DNA from: Ranitomeya imitator | Lineage: Eukaryota | Direction of reading: 5' to 3' | DNA: 64,000 nt | Assembly: GCF_032444005.1 (NCBI RefSeq) | Contig: NC_091283.1 | Location: 782,440,001-782,504,000, forward strand | In this document: positions 13,032-25,650 of the stretch, piece after piece | Layout of the letters: each line of letters starts with the position of its first letter | How positions within the stretch are numbered: position 1 is the stretch's first letter | Made by a program: the position numbers and the translations under genes | Notes under the pieces: generated by a model | Database searches by the model: none | Seen by the model: only the letters and a program-made list of their open reading frames with translations | What the model was told of the DNA's origin: nothing

Positions 13032-13789
13032 TATATGTTTGTATATTGACCATATAGTGTGTTTGTGCACCTGTAACTTAATTCAGTGCTAAAGGTGTGC
13101 AGAATCTATTTTTTCTATCTTGAACTGCAATATCTTTAGTCTGCTATGTGATTCCTATAAGTGTGTCCTAGAAGTGTGAAGATTAATTTTAGAATTAAAA
13201 CCGGAAGGATGTATACAGACTGTGCCCTGCTATCTGCCACCATCGCACTCTAACCAGCATGTCTATTCTTCCTACAGGTATGTTCATCCACCCAGCTCTC
13301 CTGCTGTGCTGCTGTCTGTCTATGAATTGCACATAGTACATCACCCAGCTTTGCACACAGACTTCCCTCTGCTCCTAGCTTTCACATGGTATGTTCATCC
13401 ACCCAGCTCTCCTGCTCTCCTGCTGTCTGTCTATGAAGTGCACATAGTACATTACCCAGCTTTGCACATAGACTTCCCTCTGCTCCTAGCTTTCACATGG
13501 TATGTTTTTCAGCTAACCTCAGCTTACCCTGTGTTATTTATGACCTTGTTTACTCAATGCTTGATTGTATGCATCTGGTCAACCCTTAATTCTCTGACCA
13601 AGATGAGCAGAGACCACTCCTATCTGCTTCACACCTGAATGCACTTAGTTGTACATATATTGCATAGCAAAAGTCTGCAATGACTTTAGCCTGCTGTGTG
13701 ATTCCTATAAGTGTGTCCTAGAAGTGTGAAGATTAATGTAGAATTAAAACCAGAATTGAACCAGAAGGGAACTGAAGGTAACTGGCCAG

Positions 13790-16700
13790 TCACTGTAAAC
13801 AATGTTTCTGTTTGTTTTCACTTTCAGCCCTATAATTCTTCACTTTCTGCAAACTCCCCTAATCCCTACTCCTAGTAAAGAACTGTTCATCTCTTCTTCA
13901 ATCCTCCCCATCCACCTCACCTCCTCCTCAAAACAGTTCCTTAATATACAATCCTCTGTCTCCAACACAGACAGACCCCTCTGTTGTGAATTCTGTGGCA
14001 GAGCTCCCTCCTGTGGTCACAAGTGGTACTTCGGCTGATTCTCTCTGTGAGCTTCCATTGGTGGAGGAAAGTGGTACTGCGGCTTCTGAGTTTCCTTCCT
14101 CAGGTGATGTGGTGAAGTCGTTAGGTGCTGCTCTATTTAACTCCACCTAGTGCTTTGATCCTGGCCTCCAGTCAATGTTCTAGTATTGGACCTGTTTCCT
14201 CCTGGATCATTCCTGTGGCCTGCTGCTCTGCATAGCTAAGTTCCTCTTTGCTATTTTGTTTGCTGTTTTTTCTGTCCAGCTTGGCTATTTGTTTTTTCCT
14301 GCTTGCTGGAAGCTCTGGGACGCAGAGGGTGTACCTCCGTGCCGTTAGTTCGGTACGGAGGGTCTTTTTGCCCCCTTTGCGTGGTTTTTGTAGGGTTTTG
14401 TGTTGACCACAAAGTTACCTTTCCTATCCTCGCTCTGTTCAGAAAGTCGGGCCTCACTTTGCTAAATCTATTTCATCTCTACGTTTGTCTTTTCATCTTA
14501 ACTCACAGTCATTATATGTGGGGGCTGCCTTTTCCTTTGGGGTATTTCTCTGAGGCAAGGTAGGCTTATTTTCTATCTTCAGGCTAGCTAGTTTCTCAGG
14601 CTGTGCCGAGTTGCATAGGGAGCGTTAGGCGCAATCCACGGCTGCCTCTAGTGTGGTTGGAGAGGATTAGGGATTGCGGTCAGCAGAGTTCCCACGTCTC
14701 AGAGCTCGTTCTATGTTTTTGGGTTATTGTCAGGTCACTGTATGTGCTCTGACCTCTATGTCCATTGTGGTACTGAATTACCTTATCATAACACCCCTCA
14801 TGCCCTCTCCTGCTTCCACCTGCTAACAGTTTCTCTGCTCCTTCTCACTGCTGGTGATATCTCTCCAAATCCTTGTCCTCCTCACCACATTCCCACAGTC
14901 ATTTCTACCTCCCATTCACGCTCTATCACAACCTTCCGTAACCTCTCTAACCTTATACCCATTCACCCAGCCCCCACTTCCCCAGTCCCACTAACAGGAG
15001 CTCTGTGGAACGCTCACTCTGTCTGCAACAAGCTTTCCTACATCCATGATCCTTTTGTTACTACCAAACTTTTCTTCCTGGCCATCACCGAAACCTGGCT
15101 CACCCCTTCTGACACAGCCTCTCCTGCTGCACTTTCGTATGGTGGCTTCCACCTTTCTCACACCCCACACCCCAGCAGCAAACGTGACGGAGGAGTTGGT
15201 TTTCTCTTGTCAGATACCTGCTCCTTCACCCCAATAACAGACAACTTCTGTTACCCTCCCTTCCTTTGAGGTGCACTCTGTGCGCATCTACTCCCCCTCC
15301 AACCTCCAACTGGCTGTCATCTATCGCCCCCCAGGGCCAGCAACCACCTTCTTTGACCACTTCACCACCTGGCTACTTCATTTCCTTTCCGCGGACATCC
15401 CTACTATCATCATGGGCGACTTCAACATCCCTATTGACACTTCCCTCTCAGCTGCCACTAAACTTCTATCTCTCACTTCCTCCTTCGGCCTCACTCAATG
15501 GTCTTCTACAGCCACCCACAAAGATGGCCACACACTGGACCTCATCTTCACCCGCCTCTGCTCCCTATCTAACCTCTCTAACTCACCTCTTCCTCTCTCT
15601 GACCACAACCTTCTCAGATTCTTCCCTTTGCACTCCATGCATACAATCCCCACCCCACAAACTTTCACACCCTCGCAGAAATCTTAAACACGTTGACCTA
15701 CACTCATTCTCTGAATCCATTCAACACCTTCAATTCTCTCCTCCGTCCCCCAGCACCTCCTCCCTCCCCACTCATCTCAGCTGAAGACTTTGCCTCATTT
15801 TTCAAGCAGAAGATTAATAACATCAGAGACAGTTTTGGTCATCAACCCCCAGAGCCCTTCCTCCTGACTTCCCAGCCCTCCACCTCCAAAACCAACTTCT
15901 TCACCATTACAGAAGTTCGACTCTCCACTCTACTCTCCAGATCACATCTCACCACCTGTGCACTTGACCCGATCCCATCCCACTTCATCCCAAACCTCAC
16001 CACAATCTTCATCCCAACCCTAACACATCTCTTCAACCTATCACTAACAACTGGTGTTTTCCCCTCAAGCTTTAAACATGCCTCCATCACACCTATCCTC
16101 AAAAAGCCCTCTCTTGACCCATCCTCTGTATCTAGCTATCGCCCTATATCACTTCTCCCTTATGCCTCCAAGCTACTGGAACAACACGTCTACCTTGAAC
16201 TGTCCTCCCATCTCTCTTCTTGCTCCCTCTTTGACCGCTTACCATCTGGCTTCCGGTCACACCACTCCACTGAAATTGCCCTAACTAAGGTCACCAATGA
16301 CCTCTTAACCGCTAAGAGCAAGCGACACTACTCTGTCCTCCTCCTCCTGGACCTGTCGGCTGCCTTTGACACAGTGGACCATTCTCTATTATTACAGACC
16401 CTCTCATCCCTTGGCATCACAGACTTGGCCCTATCCTGGATCTCATCATACGTAACAGACTGGACATTCAGCGTCTCCCACTCACACACCACCTCCTCAC
16501 CTCGCCCCCTATCTGTCAGAGTCCCACAAGGTTCAGTCCTAGGGCCCCTGCTCTTCTCCATTTACACGTTTGGCCTGGGACAGCTCATAGAATCTCAAGG
16601 CTTTCAGTATCATCTCTATGCTGATGACACACAGATCTACATCTCTGGACCAGATATCACCTCCCTACTAACCAGAATCCCTCAATGTCTGTCCATTGTT

Positions 16701-17710
16701 TCATCCTTCTTCTCCGCTAGGTTTCTGAAACTTAACATGGACAAAACAGAATTCATCATCTTTCCCCCATCTCATGTGACCCCCCCCCAATGAACCTATC
16801 CATTACAGTGTCCAATAAAACAACATTACAGTAAATGGCTATCCACTCTCCCCAGTCCCACAAGCTCGCTGCCTCGGTGTAATCCTTGACGCTGATCTCT
16901 CCTTCAAACCACATATCCAAGCCCTTTCTACTTCCTGCTGACTTCAACTCAAAAATATTTCACAAATCCGTTCATTCCTCAACCAATAATCTGCAAAAAC
17001 CCTAGTCCATGCCCTCATCATCTCTCGCCTTGACTACTGCAACCTCCTGCTCTGTGGCCTCCCCTCGAACACTCTTGCACCCCTCCAATCTATTGTAAAC
17101 TCTGCTGCCCGACTAATCCACCTGTCCCCCGCTATTCCCCAGCTTCTCCCCTCTGTCAATCCCTTCACTGGCTCCCCATTGCCAAGAGACTCCAGTACAA
17201 AACCCTAACCATGACATACAAATCCATCCACAACCTGTCTCCTCCATACATCTGTGACCTCGTCTCCCGGTACTTTCCTGCATACAACCTCCGATCCTCA
17301 CAAGATCTCCTTCTCTATTCCCCTCTTATCTTCTCTTCCCACAATCGCATACAAGATTTCTCTCCCGCATCACCCCTACTCTGGAACTCTCTGCCACAAC
17401 ATATCAGACTCTCACCTATCATCGAAACCTTCAAAAAGAGCCTGAAGACCCACCTCTTCCGACAAGCCTATAACCTGCAGTAACCGTCGATCGACCAAAC
17501 TGCTGCATGACCAGCTCGACCCTCGCCTACTGTATTCTCACCCATCCCTTGTAGATTGTGAGCCTTCGTGGGCAGGGTCCCCTCTCCTCCTGTACCAGTT
17601 ATGACTTGTATTGTTTAAGATTATTGTACTTGTTTTTATTATGTACACCCCTCCTTACATGTAAAGCGCCATGGAATAAATGGCGCTATAACAATAAATA
17701 ATAATAATAA
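13790..17710 (+). mobile_element. L2 LINE, near full ORF2 (APE endonuclease and RT), frameshifted, with an internal deletion near 15720
   Basis: LAITETWL, IIMGDFN, LDLIFT (APE); [30 protein letters not shown] (RT); 3' stem-loop AGCGCCAT-GGAATAA-ATGGCGCT (17665-17687) and (AAT)n tail. Confidence 0.93.
13982..14793 (+). mobile_element. Family 1-related solo LTR inside the L2 ORF2 N-terminus
   Basis: TGTTGTGAATTC...CATAACA; TSD CCCCTC at 13976-13981 and 14794-14799. Confidence 0.92.
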
Positions 17711-18945
17711 CTGCCAAGTGCCTTGCCAGTAACAGTACCTCCATTTTGATGCCCCATAGTAACAGTATCCACAAAAAGTATAATATCCAATAGCAGTGAT
17801 CTCTAGCTTTGTGAATTTTTCACAGTTAAAATCTGTGGCCTTCATACAATATTAATGCAAATGTCCCCTTTGTAGCCCTAGTGCAATACTAAAATTCTTT
17901 TTTGTGCTCCCATATAGTAGTTATGTCTGTCTTAGTGCTCAAATACAAGTTTAATGCAACATTACCAGTGGCAACAATACACCATTTGCCCCATACCGAA
18001 ATACCATTCACCTTTTATGCCTTGTGGGAGGTAGTGACGGGTATTATATGCAAGGGACGCTATGTATCTCCCGGGATGTGCATAGAAGCATATTGAGGCT
18101 GCTGGTGTGCACTGCAGTCACAGGAATAGCTGCGGTTGCATTGCAGAATAAAAGTAAGTGTGGTTTTGGACGAGCTATTTGCCCAAGGCAGATTTAAGAA
18201 AACCTGGCATAAGCTTTTATTTTGATGTGAACTACAGGATAGTAGTGGGGGAGTATGCTCCCTCCTGGCCGAGTCTTACAAATGTCACAGATTCCATTTT
18301 GGTAGTAAATTGTTTGCGTGTGTCAGTGTTTTTTGCAAGCAGTAGAGCAGGTGGCTCCTCAACGTCCAGCTTGCGTGCAGTAACACAGAGCCAAGAGCAG
18401 TGAACACCTGATACACCGCAGCGTCATATGGTGGTGCAGTCACCTCGGCAACCAGTCTTGGATACGGACTGTTGTCAGGCTCCGGCTGCGATCTGGAGGA
18501 TACCGTGTGCTGTTCATTTTGTCAGTTGTTTGGACATTAAATATGTTTGGTGTGAACTTTCCTGGCCACTTCCTTACTACTGCACGGTGTGAACACCGCA
18601 GCACTGCAATTGCTTAGAAAATGCGGGCAGTGTGAATTGAGGCATGCCCCAACATCAGCTGCTTGTCTATGCCACACTACTGCAACCAAGACCTGCGGAC
18701 AAGATGGAGGAAATCCTGAGGCAGCTGGTCCTCCCACAACAACAACAGCAACAGACAAATAACCTGTTGCTGCAGCAAATTGCAGCCCTCTGTGAGACAC
18801 CTCCAGCACTGATCCTGGAATGTCGTGAGGCCCAGCACAAGGTACGCTCCACTTTGAGGAATATGAGTCAGTAAGATGACATGGAAGCTTTCTTCACATC
18901 TATGAGCGCACCGCAGAGCGGGAGAACCTCCCAACTTCCCAGCAG

Positions 18946-19323
18946 GTGGATCCACTCATGAAAGGTGATGTGCTAAAGGCTTACTTTGACCTAAGTTGGG
19001 GGGATGCCCAAGACTATGCCAAGCTAAAAGGTGAGATCCTTATCCTACTGGGGGTTAATACCTATGTAAGAGCCCAACGGGTATTTTCATGGACTTTTGT
19101 GGAGGCCCAGCCCACCCAGTCTCAGGTTTATGACTTATTGCAGCTTGTGAAAAGGTGGCTCCAACCTGAGACCTTGTATCCAGCCGAAATGGTGGAGAGG
19201 GTGGTGGTCAACTGGCTGGTGAGAGCTCTGCCAACAGGCATACAGCATTGGGTGGGGCAAGGGGACCCAGGCACTTTAGACCAGGTGGTCAGACTGAGTG
19301 GTCGAGTGGTGCACAGCTGCTAA
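18946..19323 (+). pseudogene. SCAN-domain-containing gag segment
   Basis: LLQLVKRWLQPETLYPAEMVERVVVNWLVRALPTGIQHWVGQGDPGTLDQVVRL aligns by eye to the SCAN consensus (LRELCRQWLRPE...EQILELLVLEQFLTILP..LQAWV....P....EAV.L). Confidence 0.8.
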
Positions 19324-21851
19324 GGACTTTATACAGGACTCTGTATGCTGTCATGCCAGACCCTGCAAGCCTCAGAGCTGGGGGAAAGGGTTGCTTTTCT
19401 TGCTAATGACAGTCAGACCCGAGTCCATACTGATGGGGAGTGAGAATGGCAGGAGACAAGTTTCTCCCAAAGCGGTCTCAAAGACTAACAGTGCCTTGAT
19501 TATGAGGTGCTGACGATGCCAGGGACCCGGACATGTGGCTGCCAACTGCCATTTGATGACTCAACCCATGGACTGCAGGTTTATACACAGAGTTTCTATG
19601 TATGTCTAGTCAGTCTGCACCATATCTACAGGAACTGCATACAGTGAACCCTAACTGTGCCAGGTTTTTGGCAATGGATACCAGACAGAGGTTCTCCTGG
19701 ACTCAGGAAACTTAGTTACTCTGTTCCTTGGGTCACTAGTTGCCAGGGACAACCCCACCAGTTGGAAAGTGGGAGTGGTGTGTATGCATGGGGAATTCCG
19801 AAAGTGCCCGACTGAGGAGGTTACATTTTCCACTGCGTGTGGAGAAATAAAGCATGTGGTGAGAGTGCTAAAGACCCTTCCATCTGGGACTGTGTTGGGA
19901 AGAGACTTGCTCCTGTTCTGGTTCTGTGGGAGTACAGGGTTAACCCTCCCAGGGTAGAGGTTATTCTGGGCACTGAACCCAAAGATACCAAGTCAGGGAT
20001 ACCTGCTTAGGGTTTGCCAGCCTAGGGACAGAGTGTGACTCTGATAGGTTTCCCCTAGAGGTATTGGCAGGAGAAGTCGAGGAGACTCCATTGATCCCCA
20101 AACTAGAAGTGTCCCCTGGTACGTTTGGGACCACTCAGCTACAGGATCCCGCCCTGGCCCAGGGCACGAGAGAAGGTAGTGGAAATAAATGGGGTGGCTC
20201 AGCACCTGGGTGCAGAAATGTTTTTTCCCCGCATGGCTTTCAACCAAGAGTTATTGTATAGGATTGATAAAATCCAAGATGAAGTAGTAGAACAGCTGGT
20301 GGTGCCTCAGTCGTACCGTTGGGCCATGCTAGAGATGACACACACATGCTAGGAGGACACTTAGCTGTAAAGAAAACCCAAGGATGTTTACTGCAGTGGT
20401 TGTTTTGGCCCAGGGTGTATGCGGAAGTACAACGGTATTGTGAGTCATGTCCTGAGTGCCAACTGTCCACACCCATTGCAAGTCCATTTGTGTCTCTACC
20501 CAACATAGCAATACCCTTTGAGCAAATAGCAGTGGATGTGGTGGCCCCTATAGTGAAATCCACCTGTGGCCATCAACATATTCTGGTCATAGTGGATTGT
20601 GCCATGTGGTACCCAGAGGCGATTTCACTTCGCCATACCTAGGCAAAAGTAATCACCCGAGAGTTGTTTGCAATGTTTTGTCTCCTTGGGCTACCAAAGG
20701 AGACTATTACCGATCAGGGGACTCCTTTTATGTTCTAAGTGACCAGGGAGCTATGTAAGCTGCTGCAGATTAAACAGCTATGCATTTCCGTGTACCACCC
20801 ACAAACTGACGGGTTGGTTGAGAGGTTTAATAAGACCCTCAAGCCTATGCTCAAAAAGGTGGTCTCCAAGAACGGGAGAGATTGGGACATGTTATTGCCA
20901 TACATAATGTTCGCCATCCATGAGGTACCACAGGCGTCCACGGGCTTCTTACCTTTTGAGCTATTGCATTGCAGGCATCTAAGGGGGTTGCTGGATGTAG
21001 CCAAGGAGACATGGGAGCAGAACCAACTCCACATCGATGTGTAATAGATCACGTGGCAAGCATGCAGGACAGGATTGCAGCAGAGCCACACGTATAATTA
21101 AAGAGCCACTGTCAAGACCTTTAAAGAAGGGGAACGAGTGTGCCCTAGTGCCCACCACAGAGACTGAACTCATGGCCAAGTGGCAAGGGCCATAGAGATA
21201 CAGGGGAAGGTGGGAGAAGTGAATTCCAGAGTGTACCAGCCCGGAAAGAGAAAACCCAAACAACTGTACCTTGTAAACCTGTTAAAAACCTGGAATGACC
21301 AGAAATGTTTGATCACAGAGGCGACTCCAGTCGTACAAATAGGGAACCCTCTGTCACTGGCCAAGGACGTGGCAGGGGGTGAGGTTAAGATAAATGATAG
21401 TCTCACAAAACAGCAGCGACGGGAGGCTCGGTTATTGGTGCAACAGAATATGGACGTATTGTCAGAACTGCCAGGTCGGACCTCGGTGATCCAGCATGAT
21501 ATAGTCACTGAGCTCCGGATAAGGATACAGATAAAACCAGACTCAGTGCCAGAAGCCCGGAGGTAAGCCATCATGAAGCAGATGCTTCAGTTGGGAATCA
21601 TAGAGGAATCCCTAAGTGAAATGGCTAGCCCTATTGTACTGATTCCAAAGTCAGATGGGTCATTACGATTCTGTAACGACTTTAGGAAGTTGAAAGAAGG
21701 GTCAAAGTTTGACCTTTATCCATTGCCCCAGGTGGATGAGCTAACTTAGAGACTGGGGAAGGTCCAGTACTTCACCATGCTCAAGCTCACCAAATGTTGC
21801 TGGCCGGTACCACTGACAGAATAGGCAAAATAAAAGACCGCCTTTATCACA

Positions 21852-22521
21852 ACCCCTTTCCACTTCCTGCCGACATCAACTCAAAAATATTTCATGGATC
21901 CGTACATTCTTCAACCATGAATCTGCAAAAACTCTAGTCCATGTCCTCATCATCTTCCACCATGACTATTGCAACCTCCTCCTGCTCTGTGGCCGCCCCT
22001 CTAACACTCTCGTACACCTCCAATCTATTCTAAACTCTGCTGCCCGACTAATCCACCTGTCCCCCGCTATTCATTGACCTCTCCCCTCTGTCAATCCTAG
22101 CACTGGCTCCCCATTTCCCAAAGACTCCAGTTAAAAACCCTAACCATGGCATACAAAGTCATCCACAAGCTTTGCCCTCCTTACATCTGTGACCTTGTCT
22201 CCCAGTACTTACCTGCACGCAACCTCTGATCCTCACAAGACCTCCTTCTCTACTCCCCTCTTTTCTCCCCAAAATCGCATGCAAGATTTCTCCCACGCAT
22301 CACCCCTACTTTGGAACACTCTACCACATCATACCCTCGCCTACTCTATCCTCACCCATCCCTTGTAGATTGTGAGCCCTTGCGGGCAGGGTCTTCACTT
22401 CTCCTGTACCAGTTGTGACTTGTATTGTTTAAGATTACTGTACTTGTTTTTATTATGTATACCCCTCTTCACATGAAAAAGCGCCATGTAATAAATGGCG
22501 CTATCTTAATAGATAATAATA
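21852..22521 (+). mobile_element. 5'-truncated L2 fragment in the Gmr1 RT
   Basis: Homologous to 16925-17710; (AAT) tail; TSD ATCACA at 21846-21851 and 22522-22527; RT resumes TPEGLYHY. Confidence 0.88.
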
Positions 22522-22588
22522 ATCACACCAGAAGGTCTCTATCACTATGTAGTCTTGTCTTTGGATTACATGGGGCTCCAGCAACATT

Positions 22589-23141
22589 CAAAACCACAAA
22601 AAGAGGACTTGAAAATCCTCCAAAAATCTAAAAAAAACAAGAAAAAGGCAGAGATGCTTACCTGCCCAGGCCTCAAAACAAATGCACTAACAGGGCACAG
22701 TGGCCTTAATTAAAGATGGCGGCTACACAAGTGCAGTAATACCAATGAGACAGCCAGCCTACAATCAAGTATTGGCTGTTTGGTACACAAGTGCACAAAA
22801 AGATACAGTCTGTGTGCGGCAATATTCACACACAGTAAATGCAAAGCATCTGGCTCACAGCCTATTTGATGCCCATACTCTTAGATCATGCGAGCCGCCC
22901 AGTGCTAACTAAAATGCAACCTGTGTGACAGAGGCCACAGTTTACAGAGCCATCCGGGCCCAACTGCACCCTGAAAAGATATAAAGTGCAAAAAACACAT
23001 AGCAATATATGTCAGGTGTTAGTTGATATTCTGGCCAAAATACAGAAGCTCACAACTCACGTCACGGGTCCTCACGCTTGTGAGTCCTACTCTAACATCA
23101 AAAACCACAAAAAGAGGACTTGAAAATCCTCCAAAAATCTA
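22589..23141. repeat. Unclassified insertion of about 550 bp with about 42-bp terminal direct repeats
   Basis: CAAAACCACAAAAAGAGGACTTGAAAATCCTCCAAAAATCTA at 22589-22630 and 23099-23141; host RT sequence GC(A/T)ACATTC duplicated on both sides. Confidence 0.75.
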
Positions 23142-23466
23142 TGGCTACATTCCAGAGGCTGATGGACAAAGTGTTAGATCCTCACCAGAAGTACGCATAA
23201 GCATATTTAGATGATATCACATGGTGTGATCATTGCGGCACTACACTTGATATAGCTGGAGCATCCCAATTGTGCTCCATAAATTAATAATGTATGGGCC
23301 ACAATGGGGAATATTAATAATGCCCCCACTGGGGAGTAATAATATCCCCCTTCTGGATTCATACAGTAATGTCCTCTAACTGGTCCTGTAATGATGTCCC
23401 CCGCTTGCTACCGTAAGCTAATAACTTGCGTTCCTTATTCTGGCCCCCATCCCAAAATAATTTCCC

Positions 23467-25275
23467 TTCATATTATAAACTCAATTTGACTAAATCCACA
23501 ATTTTTCCCCTTTTTCTCCCAACCCCCCTTCAAATCCAAATTCAATCTCAATATGCGTTCATTTGGGCTCCCCTGGGTTTTACGTACCTAGGTATCAGGA
23601 TAACTAGGTTAGACAATATAGTTCGTGCAAATTGTGAGGAAACCCTTGCGGAGGTCAGGAAGGGCATGGATCACTTATCGAGTGCCTCGCTCTCATGGAT
23701 GGCCCGCATACAAACCGCTAAAATGCTATTCCTACCTAAAATTATGTACCTTTTCCGGTGCCTCCCCCTTTTTATCCCCTCGAAATGTATTTTAGCTTTT
23801 CAGTCGCTTATAGATCGGTTTATTTGGAATAAGAAACCTCACAGGATCAGGCGTCGGATTATGTCTCTACCGTATTCTGTGGGTGGGCTAGGCGCTCCTG
23901 CGGTGCAGTCTTACTATAGAGCGGCGATCCTTGAGCCCCTTAAAATATGGTGGGAGGGGAACTCATGTTTGCCCTGGTTTATTATCGAATCTCACTTTGC
24001 CCCCAAAAATTCGCTTAAATTGCTCTTAGAGCTTCAGCTGCTTCGGGTTCCTCTTGTGGGCCCTTGTCTCCGTTCTATCAGGAATGCTTCTAAACTTTGG
24101 GCGCTGCTTAGCTCCTCTCATCTGGTGTTTATGTATGATTATGTATCTTTGCAGGCTTTGGAGTATGCTATCGGGCACATTTCTCTTTCCTCCTGGAGAG
24201 GTCGCGGGGTGCTCCGGGTGGCTGACCTATTCGGCTCAGATGGCCTTCTGTCGTTTGAGGACCTTTCAGGGAGATTCTTCCTTACTAATACTGACTTTTT
24301 CCAATACCTTCAGCTCCGTAGCTTCCTCAGGTCACGTCGGTCGTTCGGGGCACCCCCGCCTTTGACAGAAGACCCGGCTCATAGGTTCTTCAGACGAGCC
24401 ACTATATTGCCCCATGGCATCTCCATTATCTATAAAGCCCTCATATCTTATGGTACTACTGACAGGTTTCCGTTTATGACTTCCTGGGAGTCCTCGCTGG
24501 GTTTTGAGGCCTCCCTGGAAGATTGGCAGTTTGCAATGGTACATCCCTCCAAGTTCTCCTCATGTCTTGGCCACTTGGAACAGGTGAAAAAGATTCAGCT
24601 GCATTGGTATCTTACCCCTGTCCACTTGGCGAAGTTCTCCCCGTCTTCCTCTCCTCTTTGCTGGAAGGGGTGTGGCGCCATGGGGTCCTCCTCCCATGTC
24701 TGGTTGGCATTCCCCGAGGTTCAGGCTTTTTGGCGCTGGGTGGAGGCATTGATTGCTGATCTGACTCGTCTCCCCCTTGCGCTGAGTGGTCAGCTCGCTG
24801 TCCTGGGCATTTCCCTTATTGATCTCCCCTCTCCGGCCCATAGTCTCTAATGTCCTAGTTGCTGCCAGACAATGTATTGCGAAGTACTGGAAGTCCCCGG
24901 ATCTCCCTTCCAGAGCTGAACTGATCTCCAAAATTGATCTACACTTCTGCTATGAGGTTATTATGGCTCAGGGTTTATCAAGGAAAACTAAGGTCCTCTC
25001 ATGGTGGGACCCCTGGGTATCCTCGACCTACATCTCTCAGTCTGCTCTTACCCTCATTTAAATGCATGCTTCTTTGACTTTTTGTTGTATCTGGCACTGT
25101 GATTGTGTATTTTATATTTTGTACTGATTATGCTGTGGTCTTCAAGTATTATGTACTGGGTTTTTCCCTTTGTCCCCCTTCCCTCCCCTATTTCCCTTCT
25201 CTCCCTTCCTTTTTCTGAAGTTTTCTGATGTGTTGTTTGACATGCAATATCTCAATAAAAATTTATTGGTTAAAA
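23467..25275 (+). mobile_element. 5'-truncated L1-clade LINE (ORF2 C-terminus, 3' UTR, polyA)
   Basis: ORF 23426-24850 YKLNLTKS, YLGIRIT, KMLFLPKIMYLF, GGLGAP, CWKGCG..H zinc-knuckle relic; AATAAA and polyA; 13-bp TSD AAAATAATTTCCC (23454-23466, 25276-25288). Confidence 0.92.
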
Positions 25276-25589
25276 AAAATAATTTCCCCTGCCCTGTAAT
25301 GTCCCTCATCCTGGGCCCCTTTCTGTAATAATGTCACCTTCCTAGATCGTAACTGTAGAAGAAATGAGTGCACATAGGGTCTTATCCGATGGAAAAATAA
25401 GCGATCTACTAAAATTGCACTAACCTGATAGATCTAAGGTAATGACATATAGAGAATTTGAGAATATCAGCTGCAGCAGATGTGCGGGTCCGTAGGTGAC
25501 CACATCAAATGTGAAGAGATAGAACATTTGTTGATGTAATCCGCACTGCTGATTAAAAGGCAGGACCAAAGATATCCAAATGAAGGAAA

Positions 25590-25650
25590 GTGTTTTTTAT
25601 TTCAACGCATTTTGAAGTTCAAGTGACTTGTTCCTCAGGAACATAACCAC
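25590..25650 (-). ncRNA. Degenerate type I hammerhead ribozyme motif
   Basis: Minus strand GTGGTTATGTTC-CTGAGGA-ACAAGT...ACTTC-AAAATGCGTT-GAAA; GAAA and ACGCGT altered by CpG-type changes. Confidence 0.6.

Larger units (their letters stand above)
18023..23225 (+). mobile_element. Gmr1-like Ty3/Gypsy element (gag-SCAN, zinc knuckle, PR, IN, RT), decayed and 3' truncated
   Basis: Order: protease LLDSGNLVTL (about 19690), integrase HHCC and core (20319-21044), then RT (PDGSLRFC-like at about 21655; ATFQRLMD..AYLDDI at 23145-23220). LTR boundary near 18023-18610 is approximate; degenerate PBS-like AGAAAATGCGGGC at about 18616. Confidence 0.88.

Noticed and set aside
13222-13638. 138-aa ORF with an internal repeat
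   Set aside because: It reflects a local tandem duplication and shows no recognisable domain.
22589-23141. Hammerhead in the terminally redundant insertion
   Set aside because: No CUGANGA...GAAA core found on either strand by eye.
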